DNA from: an uncultured Bacilli bacterium
Lineage (GTDB): Bacteria; Bacillota_I; Bacilli_A; RF39; UBA660
Reading direction: 5' to 3'
Assembly: GCA_947600335.1 (NCBI GenBank)
Contig: CANQGB010000003.1
Span: 1 to 47,923 of the forward strand
DNA: 47,923 bases
Shown piece after piece: positions 21,101 to 31,100 of this stretch (positions within the stretch are counted from its first letter, which is position 1; each line of letters starts with the position of its first letter). A program made the position numbers and the translations under genes. The notes under the pieces are model-generated. The model was not told the origin of the DNA and made no database searches. It saw nothing but the letters and a program-made list of their open reading frames with translations.

Positions 21101-21309
21101 GCTGAAACAATTTCCCCATTACTTATTTTAATATTTACATCATAACTTTTATTATAATCGCGTTCGCTTTCAACCATAAAATTATGCGAATAAACTCTAT
21201 TTTCGCATTCTGAATCTAAATAATCTATATCACCATAATAGTTTCTTCCTTTAAGGTAATTTTCAAAGCCGACAAAATCGCGAATTTTAATTAAAATATC
21301 ACTTTGCAT
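18130..21309 (-). CDS. SWIM zinc-finger SNF2-family helicase/ATPase
   Basis: CDCP...CKH (SWIM), LADEMGLGKS, DEAQ, LTGTPLEN, QATDRAHRIGQ. Confidence 0.95.
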   Translation of the reverse strand: MQSDILIKIRDFVGFENYLKGRNYYGDIDYLDSECENRVYSHNFMVESERDYNKSYDVNIKISNGEIVSASCDCPQFKKASSCKHVAACLIEYHDDIFEMALEDKKIYLSKMLLKEFSSPINKINNVKKQLHIDVSLTFSQSYYDDLVYLNFKIGEKKMYNLNIRLSEFLSVYNEEREELKFGKELTYNPRNFFFSKEDEAIIKYLSKINNKNYYYNYRNFSIKAQEFSAFIDLLRNKEFMIEGYGVINKIEEGNPFKLNFKKENVEYNLSFVDDNIIALTSDYKYVVQNDTLYILPDKFSKILSLMNENEVEDITILEEDFPSFKESIMPIIKNNVVLDKTVENEIILGVKPQAKLYFDIKEDIIFCNPVFVYQEQEIAYFEENSVVLRDIETENMVIKTLLDLGFKIDNNKIYLDDIDTMVYLLEEGFQNLANDYEVFTTENLKNAKIIRENNIRSSFSIGEDNIMSYDFDLGSIPQSEILSVLDAFRQKKKYYRMKSGDFLNLSNEDLEQFDNLVATMDLSTKDIKNGHGVIPKYRAIYLDSLKSKKYNIIKTNNLFDQLINNFNSYKDLPISLSAEDKKILRDYQEIGVKWLYNIYKCGFGGILADEMGLGKSIQLIYLIKEIVKEKKDALFLIVAPTSLIYNWKNEFDKFGQDLKYKVFAENKKVRKQELEQLNDVQVLITTYGLVREDKEIYNNINFELVVIDEAQTIKNSNAQMTKVVKNLHANTKIALTGTPLENSVMELWSIFDFIMPGYLAEITRFQQKYNIKDITEDDLKNLDSLKEQIKPFILRRRKKEVVKELPPKIENNISIDLNEEQKKIYVATLKKTREELDEILRTEGFKKGNFKILQLLTKLRQLCIDPSIIYENYTGGSAKITNLIEIVKGIIENEHKILLFTSFKTALDIVKREFDKNNITSYVIDGSVPSKKRMELVDKFNNDDTNVFLITLKAGGTGLNLTSADVVIHLDLWWNPQVENQATDRAHRIGQTNTVEVIKLICKGTIEERILELQNKKKVLSDALIEDADRDQNIFSKLTEKDIQNLLTMDNEDELVKS

Positions 21310-21394
21310 AAAAAACCACTTCCAAAGTATTAAAATACATACTTAGTTTAACAAACAGCTAAAGGAAATGCAACAGTAACTATTTAATTCTACA

Positions 21395-22876
21395 CTATGG
21401 CTTTTGGTAATGATATAACAGTCTTTTGTTTTTATTTACCGATTCTTCACTATAAGTAGCTTTAATAAGTTCTAATGTTTCTTTAAAATTTAGAAGTGAT
21501 GACTTTAAATTATCACGCATTTTAGTATCTGAACAAACTTTGGCGACAGTATTAACAATCCCATTTTCCAGCGTATTTTCTATATATTTTGGAGCTAGAT
21601 TGATTCCATCAACAATTAATTCTTTACAATCTTTTAAACTTCTTTTAATTAAATATTCAACTGTTAATTCTTGTAACAATTCTATAGCACTATATCCATT
21701 TTCTGTAAAATTACTAATACCATTTAAACATAGAAATGCTTTGGCCATGCTAAATAAAAAATTAGGTGGCACAAACTCATATTTTAAACAAACATTAATC
21801 ATATCAATAAAGTAAAAAGTCACTTCTTTAGTTTTTACTTGCTCACTATATTTTTTACAATCTTCCTTAAATAACTGTTTCTTTTCATCTGACATATTTC
21901 CATATTTAACTAACATTTCATATAGTTCTTCATAATTTCCTGAATAGGCTAATAAGAAAAACTTTCGACATAATTTGGCATCTTCTTCACTTAAAACAAA
22001 TAATAATCCCATATCTAAGAAGAAAATATTGCCATTTTCATCAATACAAATATTACCACTATGGGGATCACCATGAAAGACAATTGGTTTATCATTAAAC
22101 ATTGCCCAAAAACTTGATTTAATATAACTATTTAAAGCTGTAATAATTTTTCTTTTATTATCTTCTGTTAAAGGCATTTTATTAACAGTCGGCGTCTTAA
22201 TATATTCCATTACAATTATATTTTCCGTACAATAATTTTCATATAATGCTGGAACTTTTATTAACTTTGTATCTTTTACTTTGCCATTTACTACATTAGC
22301 AAATTTTTGATAAGTTCTAATATTTTGACATTCGTTAGTAAAATCAGTTTCTTGTTTAATCCACTCTAAATATAAATCTAAAGCATGGTCGCCTCCAGTA
22401 TAATTGCCAAAACTTATTATTTTTCCAAATTTATGAACTATTTTTCTAATCTTTTCTATATCATCTTCAATATTTCTCGTAACATCTTTTCTTTTTATTT
22501 TAATAGCAACTTCTTCCCCAGAATTTAACATAGCTCGGTGAACTTGTGATACTGAGGCTGAACCTAGAGGTTCTTTTTCGATAAAACTAAATATACTACT
22601 TAAATCATTGCCATACTCTTGTTTTAATATTTTTTCTATTTCTTCATAACTTATCGGATTACAATTATCACAAATGGATGATAACATTTGTCTATCTTTT
22701 TCTGTAAAAATGTTACCATAATTTTGAGTAGCCAATATTTGAGCCAACTTTATATATACAATTCCCATTTTCTCGGCAAATTCTTTTACAACAATTCCAT
22801 TATTTTTTCGCAGAATAAATTTATTAAATAATAATTTAGTTATTTGCCAATATAAGTCCATTTTAACCACTTCCAA
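21395..22876 (-). CDS. AarF/UbiB/ABC1-family atypical kinase
   Basis: YIKLAQIL, PLGSASVSQVHRA, VAIK, FHGDPHSGN, LDMG. Likely ATG at 22861. Confidence 0.88.
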   Translation of the reverse strand: MEVVKMDLYWQITKLLFNKFILRKNNGIVVKEFAEKMGIVYIKLAQILATQNYGNIFTEKDRQMLSSICDNCNPISYEEIEKILKQEYGNDLSSIFSFIEKEPLGSASVSQVHRAMLNSGEEVAIKIKRKDVTRNIEDDIEKIRKIVHKFGKIISFGNYTGGDHALDLYLEWIKQETDFTNECQNIRTYQKFANVVNGKVKDTKLIKVPALYENYCTENIIVMEYIKTPTVNKMPLTEDNKRKIITALNSYIKSSFWAMFNDKPIVFHGDPHSGNICIDENGNIFFLDMGLLFVLSEEDAKLCRKFFLLAYSGNYEELYEMLVKYGNMSDEKKQLFKEDCKKYSEQVKTKEVTFYFIDMINVCLKYEFVPPNFLFSMAKAFLCLNGISNFTENGYSAIELLQELTVEYLIKRSLKDCKELIVDGINLAPKYIENTLENGIVNTVAKVCSDTKMRDNLKSSLLNFKETLELIKATYSEESVNKNKRLLYHYQKP

Positions 22877-22960
22877 ATAAATTGAAATTATTATACTTTA
22901 TAAACTTATTCTTTACAATATACCTAAAAAAAAAGGCATTCGCCCTTCTTTTAAATATTG

Positions 22961-24934
22961 CTATTTCTTAATATTTTTAATATATTCACATATTAAATCA
23001 GCAGTTTGTTCTTTACCAATACTAGAATCAATACATAAATCATAGTTATTTAAATCTAACCAATTTTCTCCCGAAATCAATTCATAATAACTAGCCCTAT
23101 TCTTATCTGACTTGATAATATTTTTCTTGGCTTCCGCTTTAGTATCATGATACATATCCATAACATTTTGAATCCGATAATCCATTGGAGCATAAATCAT
23201 TATTTTAACTAAATTTTTATTATTCTTTAAAACATAATCAGCCGCTCTACCGACAATGACACATGAACCTTTTTGAGCAATCATTTTAATTGCCTTTTCT
23301 TGGGCCACAATTGCATATTTAACTGGTGAAGATGTCAAATACAAATCATGTAATACATTTTGACTTTGATTAATATTCGATACAAATTCTTTATCTAAAC
23401 CACTTTCTTGCGCAGCAATCGCAATCATTTCTTTATAATAGCAAGGAATATTTAACTTTTGAGCCACTAATTCCCCAATTGCTTTTCCTTGACTACCATG
23501 ACATCTCGCAATGGTAATAATCACTCCTTGTTGAGTTTCTTTTAAACTGCTTTCAACATAATTATTTTCCGTGTTTCTATCCAAATGTTTAAAGAAATTA
23601 ATAATTAAGACAACTGTTACTATTAAACCAAGAAAATCCGCAATCGGAGCAGCAATTAAAGCTCCTTTTATTCCCATATATTTCGGTAAAATTATAACTA
23701 ATGGTACAAAGAAAACAATATCTCTAGCTAATGATACTATTGTTGCTTTTAAAGGTTCTCCAACTGCTTGAAAAAAGATAGAACACATTTTAATTAAACA
23801 GGTAAATGTTACTAAAATTAAGAATATTCTAAATGTTAACACAGCAAATTCCATATATAATTCTTCACTTGAACCAAAGATTTTAATAATTACACTCGGA
23901 CATAATTCAAAAACAAGAGTTGATAACAAGCCAATAATCGTTGAAACTATCACAACTGTTTTAAAAGTTTCTTTAACTCGAGCCATATTCTTAGCTCCAT
24001 AGTTATAACCTAAAATTGGTTGAGCTCCTAAAATAATCCCGACAATGATATTTATGACTATTGAAAATACTTTCATAGTAATTCCAATTACTGCGATGGG
24101 AATGTCAGCCCCATATTTACTTAAAGCGCCATATTTAGCTAACATTATGTTACAAACTAAAGAAATAATAACAATACTCATTTGGGTAATAAAAGTAGAT
24201 ACTCCTAATTTAATAACATTTTTAAAAACATTCATATCTAATTTAAAACTATCTAAACATAATTTAAAAGTCTTAGTTCGAGTATAGTAATAAATGGAAA
24301 TTAATAACGTTGCTATTTGACCAATTATGGTCGCATAAGCTGCTCCTTTAATACCCCAATTTAAACCAAAAATAAATACTGGATCTAAAATAATGTTAAT
24401 AATAGCCCCACTAGCTGTTGCTAACATTGAAAATTTTGGTGACCCATCGGCTCTAATGACAGCATTCATACTATTTCCTAACATATAAACGGGAATAGCT
24501 GCTAAAATAATATTATAATAATCTCTAGCCAAAGCAATACTTTTTTCACTTGCACCAAATAAATATAATAAATTATCCCGAAAAATAAAACCTAAGAATA
24601 AAAAAATTATACTTATAATAAAAGATAATAAAATACTATTTCCAATCGCTTTATGAGCATTCTTAGTATCTTTTCGCCCTTGACATAAAGATAAATATGC
24701 GGCTGAACCATCACCAAAACACCAAGCAAATGCTACCGCAATAATCGTAATCGGATAAACAACACCTGTCGCGGCATTGCCTAAATAACCTAAATCACTA
24801 TTACCAATAAAAATTTGGTCAACAATATTGTATAATGAACTAATAAGTAAAGATAAAACACAAGGAACAGCAAACTTAAAAAGTAATTTACCTATTTTTT
24901 CATGACCTAAAAAATTATTATCTTGATTTTTCAT
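22961..24934 (-). CDS. MATE efflux transporter (MepA-like) fused to a cytidylate-kinase-like domain
   Basis: LYNIVDQIFIG, NIILDPVFI, QPILGYNYGA. C-terminal ITIAR.HGSQG, VIVGRAADY, DKNRASYY, YDLCIDS. Confidence 0.9.
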   Translation of the reverse strand: MKNQDNNFLGHEKIGKLLFKFAVPCVLSLLISSLYNIVDQIFIGNSDLGYLGNAATGVVYPITIIAVAFAWCFGDGSAAYLSLCQGRKDTKNAHKAIGNSILLSFIISIIFLFLGFIFRDNLLYLFGASEKSIALARDYYNIILAAIPVYMLGNSMNAVIRADGSPKFSMLATASGAIINIILDPVFIFGLNWGIKGAAYATIIGQIATLLISIYYYTRTKTFKLCLDSFKLDMNVFKNVIKLGVSTFITQMSIVIISLVCNIMLAKYGALSKYGADIPIAVIGITMKVFSIVINIIVGIILGAQPILGYNYGAKNMARVKETFKTVVIVSTIIGLLSTLVFELCPSVIIKIFGSSEELYMEFAVLTFRIFLILVTFTCLIKMCSIFFQAVGEPLKATIVSLARDIVFFVPLVIILPKYMGIKGALIAAPIADFLGLIVTVVLIINFFKHLDRNTENNYVESSLKETQQGVIITIARCHGSQGKAIGELVAQKLNIPCYYKEMIAIAAQESGLDKEFVSNINQSQNVLHDLYLTSSPVKYAIVAQEKAIKMIAQKGSCVIVGRAADYVLKNNKNLVKIMIYAPMDYRIQNVMDMYHDTKAEAKKNIIKSDKNRASYYELISGENWLDLNNYDLCIDSSIGKEQTADLICEYIKNIKK

Positions 24935-24979
24935 TCTCTAACCTCCCTCTTTTAATGAAAATCTTACCTAATCCTAAAC

Positions 24980-25018
24980 AAAAAAAATACGCAAAAACAT
25001 TGTCTTGTTTTTACGCAT
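24980..25018 (-). terminator. Leader (attenuator-type) intrinsic terminator in the MATE 5' UTR
   Basis: 13-bp stem AUGCGUAAAAACA / UGUUUUUGCGUAU with two G-U pairs valid only on the minus strand, then a long U run. Confidence 0.75.
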
Positions 25019-25039
25019 TTTGCTGGATCAGACTAGTTA

Positions 25040-25068
25040 ATTATATAACCAAATTCCAAAATTTTCAA
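25040..25068 (-). promoter_or_regulatory. SigA-type promoter of the MATE gene
   Basis: TTGAAA-N17-TATAAT. Confidence 0.75.
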
Positions 25069-25104
25069 ACAAAAATTTTTAAATTTTAGCATTAATTAAG
25101 TAAC

Positions 25105-25139
25105 AAAAAACACAAGACAACTAAATATCCTGTGTTTTT
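25105..25139 (-). terminator. Intrinsic terminator of the giant peptidase gene
   Basis: CACAGGAUA / UGUCUUGUG stem plus U6, immediately after the stop. Confidence 0.75.
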
Positions 25140-25143
25140 AAAA

Positions 25144-28100
25144 TTATTTTAAGGTTGGATAACCATTACTTGAAACAGTATCTAAATTCCAGATAGTTTC
25201 ATCAAAATGTAATGTATCTTTGTAGAAATTTTTATCATGAACATTTTTTTCTGTTGCCACATCTAGTTTTCCTTTAGTAGCATCTGTTACTCGTGAAAAA
25301 CCAATAGCACCAGCATATTCATAACAATTTTCTAATGTATTCAAAATAGTACTTTCTACAGTTCCTGTAAATTTATAAGGAACAAAATCTTCATCATTTT
25401 TTGTATAGCCAGTCATTTTACCAAAAGCAATCGAATTTTTAATTCGTGGTGCATTATAAATATTTCCCACAAATCCCGCATTATATATGCTATCTGCTTT
25501 ATTTCGATTGTCACTAGTTTTTATAACATCAACCTTAGAAACAACATTTTCAACTAATCCACCTAATTGTAAGGCTCCAACAATGCCTCCATTTTCAGTA
25601 TTAAAGCATTCAATGGTTCCTTCAACATAAACATTTTTAATTGAGCCACCATATTTTCTACCAATAAATGTCGAAATATACACTCCCGTACCTTTTACTT
25701 TGGCATTTACTACACTAATATTTTCAAATGCAGAATTTTTATCATCAACAGCTACAACTGGTGCAACACGATGTTTACCTTCTAAAGTAATATTTTCAAA
25801 GCGCATATTTTTAAATGTCGCTCCGTTAGAATTATTAGCAAAAGCTGAAACATTTTCCCATTCTCCAGCATTAGGTTTTATATTCGTAAAATCTTTAATT
25901 CTCAAGTTAGATACACTACCTTCAAAATCATTAAATAATGTATATCCCTTTAAATTTTTAATTGTATAATTATTACCTTCTAATTTTCCCGTAAACGTTT
26001 CTATTATTATAGCATCTATACCAAATATATTAGTAAAAGTTCTACCCTCAAAATCTAAATCAGCAGTTAATTCATAATATTTATCGGGAGCATCACTAAT
26101 TTTTAAGAAATCATCCACAGTAGCTATTTCAATCTTATTTATAATATTAATATCTGAATTAGTATCTAATTTACTATTTAAAGATGGTAATTTACCACTT
26201 TCCACTTTACTTAAATTCCAAATATTGGCATCCCAACCTAAAGTATTTGTATAGAAATTATTAGTTAAACCATTTGTTCTAATAGAAGTTATTTTATCTT
26301 TGAAACTATCAACATCTGTTCTATTTAAAGTTGAAAGTCCAAATGGTTCTTCTAATTCGTAATTATTTTTAAAGTTATTAAACATGTCTTTACCACTACG
26401 GCCATCAAACTTATAAGCATGAGTACCATTTCCTAAAGAAATTGAGTTTTCGATCCGGCCAGTATTCAAAATTTGGCCAATGAAGCCACCACCCATGGCA
26501 CCTGTTGCCGTTACATCAACTTTACTTAAACAATTTTTAATAACTGTGCTACCTTCAGCCCAGCCGACAAAGCCTCCAACATCATTGTGACCTTTTATGG
26601 TACCTAAAGCATAACTATTAGTAGCAATCGAATTATCAAATTGACCGAAGAATCCTCCTACTGCATTACCTGTAGCATCAACATTTCCATTACTTGAACA
26701 TTCTTCCACTATCATTTGGGTTCCATAACCAGTTAAACCACCAGTTCTATCAGTACCACTTACATTGACAGTGTTAATATGAACATTTTTCATATAGCTT
26801 CTTGAAGCACTACCAATTAAGCCACCAGCTTGTTTCGCACTCGTTGTAATATTAATATTATTAGCTGCGACATTGGTAATTTGAGAATTACTTATAACTT
26901 TAGCTAAAGCCCCACAATCTATCTCAGCAGTTATTATACTTGCATTCTCGATATTTAAATTTGTTACACTAGCATAAGTCAATTTCGCAAACAATGGTAA
27001 TTTAATTCCAGTTATTATATGATTATTACCATCAAGTGAACCATAGAAGGCTTCTCTAATAATAGCATTTCCTTCAGTAATACTAGAAACATCAATATCA
27101 TTATCTAAAATAAATTCTCCATGTAAATTACTTTCAATTAAATTTCTAAAATCTTCAGCATTCTTAATGTGAATTTTATCGACATTAGTATTAAAAATAT
27201 CTGATTCAAAATCATTCGTAATTCTCTTAATATGACCATAAATCATTTGTCTAAATATTGCCATACTACTTGTCTTACTATTTTGAACATTATTTGCAAT
27301 ATCATTTTTAACTTTAGTTTCAATTTCTTTCATTAAAGTATCTTTATTCAAATAAGTACTATTATTTAATTTTTCTTCAATTTTCTTATATCTATCTAAT
27401 TGATATTCTTTCCAATTCTTATAGTTACTTACAGCTTTTAAAGCTTCTAAATCAGTTTTATAACCCCATCCTGCATAAGCAGAATATCCGTCATAACCAA
27501 AGTCAGCTAACATTTGATAAGCAATTAAAGTCCAATTGCCTTTTTCGACTAGTCCATTATCATTATGAACTACATACCAATTAGCACTACCTAATAAACT
27601 AGTTCCCTCTCGTGGAATAACAATCTTATTATCCCATAAGTCACTAATATTTTTTAATTTCATCTTTTTAAAGTCTTCAGCCGTTTTGGTAACCAGTTTC
27701 GTACTAATATTAGTAATTGTTTCTTTATCATTTAATTTAACATCCGTACTTGTTTCTTCAACAACTCTTGCTATTTTACTTTGTTCTTCCGGAGTTAATT
27801 TTAAGAATACTTGCGCTTCTAAATAATCTAAAGCTGCATATACATCAAACATCTTTTTATAGAAATCTTCAATTTCTTCTCTTGTATTAATTCGCTCAAA
27901 ATTAAAGTTTGTGGCAATATTAGTATCAAAATTATAATCATATGTATAATTTGGAACTATGCCATATTCGCCAGCACCTTGAGTTAAGAATCCATCTGTA
28001 AAGTATTCAGCATTAGCTCCCGCTCTTCTTCCTGTTCCATCTAGGAAAGTATTTCCATCTTGATTGTGAATAGCTTCATGCGTAAATATTGAATAGAATG

Positions 28101-31100
28101 TTAAAGCCGAATAAATCCAATAAATATCGGTACCATTAGCATAAGCCGAAGCAGCACTATGAACTGTATACTTATTTAAAACCTCAAAGAAAGCTTTATA
28201 TACTGGTTTAACATTTTCTTCATTAGACCAATTCTTATTTGAAGTTTTATCGTAGTTAATCATTGTTCGGCTAACCATATTGCCATAACCTTTTTCACTA
28301 GTTACACCAGCAATTGAATCATAAAATTTAGTTGCTTTATCAGCAAATTGTGTTAATAAAGTCATTCTTTCAGCTTTCGTAGTTTCTGCAAAAGTAGCTT
28401 TACCTAAAGCATTTAAATATTCATGTTCATCCAAGTTTCCAACCATTATACAAGTTGGAATACCTAAGATATATAAATCTTCACCATGATAAGATAAAAT
28501 TGGTAAAATCAACAAATCTCTAGCTTTTAAGTGATCCCAAACTCGATAACGTATTTCCGGATGTCTTTCCGCTTGAGCTTCATAAACAGTACCTGAATAA
28601 TTATCAACAATCCAACTAGCTGGATCATTCTTATACTTATCAATTGTTAAATTCTTTATAAAGTACTCTATAAATGGACCAACACTAAGATCATTAGTTA
28701 AAGGTTTAATATATTTATTAAAATAACTTGGTAGCTTACTTTCCTCATTTATCATTCTTTCCTTATCGCTTGCCATATCTACCATTGTCAAACTTACAGA
28801 TAATGGATTTAATTTATCACTAAAAATATTTCCATCAAAATAAACGATATCACTAATATTAATTCCACCTATTTGAATATTATAGAACCGATCATAATAA
28901 TTATAAGCATATAATAATTTTTCTAAAGTATAATTATTTTCTAAATCTTGAATAACTTTATTTTCTAATATTTCATTTAAGACTGATATACTATACTCAT
29001 CCACATTAGCTAATAATTTTAAAGCAAAACTATCAGCATTATCTTTAACATGAGCATAATTTTCAACAAAAATTCGAGATTCAGTTTCACTAGTCAAAGA
29101 TGCTATATTATTAACATAATTTAATTTTTTTATCCTATCAACTATATAACTATAAACCTTTGATTTAGTATTAATCAAATATTTGCTATACATATAATCG
29201 ATATCTAGTTCATTAATATCATATACGGCTATTCTATCCCCACTATCTTTTAAAGATACATGATAAACAGCTGTATCATCATCTTCAAATATAACTCTAA
29301 TAGTTTTTATAGTTGATTTATTGTTTTGAGCTAAAGCTACTACTTGATTTCCATTTGCATCATAAGCATATACATCTTTAATAACTTTTGTATTTAAAAT
29401 ATGATTAACATCTAAGATATTTCCATCTTCTACATAATACTTAGCATCATAGAAAGGCATTAATTTATACATATTATGATAAGCAATATTACGAGTTGCA
29501 TCATAATTAGCTAAATTTTTAATTCGTGCTAAATCTGGAATAAATATGCCATCAACTGTATTACTTTCCATTTTAGCATTATCTGTATTTTGATATGCTT
29601 TTAATGTTGGATATTGTCCAGAACTTACTTGTGATAAATCCCAAACATCTTCACTCCAACCTAAAGTTTTAGTATAGAATTCTTTGGTTTTTAATTGTTC
29701 TGGAGTAACAACTTTTATACCTTGTATATTTTCTTGAGACACCATATTTGATGTCGATAACTCATATACCTTCGTAGACTTATCACTTATTTTAGAATTT
29801 TGATAAGAACCATAAACTTTTAACCCATAACCATCAAGCTTAGCTTGAGATAAACTAATACAATTTGTTAAGGTAAGGCCTTTTGGATGTCCAACAAAGC
29901 CTCCTCGTGAACCACCTTTACCATTATAATTAGTCATAACATTGGTATAGAAATTTTCAATGATACTATTATCATAAGCTTCACCTACAACTCCACCAAC
30001 TGCATCATTATTCGCATTAAGAGTTCCAGATATAAAACCATTTTTGATCGTAGTTGTATACATCATACCAACTATGCCACCTAATCTTTTAGCGCTTCCT
30101 ACATTAACATTAGTTGCTGAGATATTCTCTAATTGGCTATTTTTTATAATTCCACCAAATAATCCTGAACCAGCATCATTTATAGTACTAAGTTGAACAT
30201 TCTTCATGTGAACATTTTTAATCGTGGCATTTGTTATATTATTAGCAAGTAAACCATTTGCATTAGCCCGAGAATCTATAATTACTAAATTCTCAATCGT
30301 AGCATCTTTTAAACTATCAAATAATGGAATAGACATATTTTTAATAGTATGACCTTGGAAATCGATTGTTCCTGTAAATTCTTGTGGAATTATCGCCTTT
30401 CCTGAAGTTATATTTTTAGCATCAAAATCCGCATTAACTTTATAAGAACCATCTGGATCTTGTTTAATAAGTTCTATTAAAGTATCAACATCTATATTAC
30501 TTGCTATATCACCATTAATACTACCAAAAGTAATTTCTAATTGATTAATTCGACTATTTCCGTTATATTGAACAACATTATCATAATCTAAAATGAATTT
30601 TAACAAACCATCTTCTATTTTATAATCTTTAATTGTTGTATAGAAATCTCTATCATCTTTTAAGTTAACTTGAACAATATACTTACTTAAATCTTGTAAA
30701 TCAGCAATATTAACATTCGAAATCTTTTCAACTTTATTACCTTTTTGCGTAAATAATGTCATACCTAAAACGTTTTTCATTTCTAAGAAACGTTCACCAA
30801 TATTCATTTCTTCACTTAAGATTAATTCATTTGTAATTTCATTTTTACCATTTTCTAAAGTATTCGTATCTAAATCATAATCAACAAATACTTTAAAAAT
30901 ATAGTATTCACTAGTTGTTTTCTTAAATGTTAAAGTATTTTCTCCAACTATAACATCATCATTAGCTACAACAACTCCTTGTTCATTTAAAACATCAATT
31001 TTACCTTTAGTAAATGAATTATCTGTATTTTCTAAATTAAACTTAGCTGTAATAGTCGAATCTTCATTTTCTGTATAACCAAAATTAGTAGCTTTTGGTT

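Noticed and set aside
18130-21309. SNF2 as part of a defence system
   Set aside because: SWIM-SNF2 is the widespread Bacillota housekeeping type and no methylase or nuclease is adjacent.
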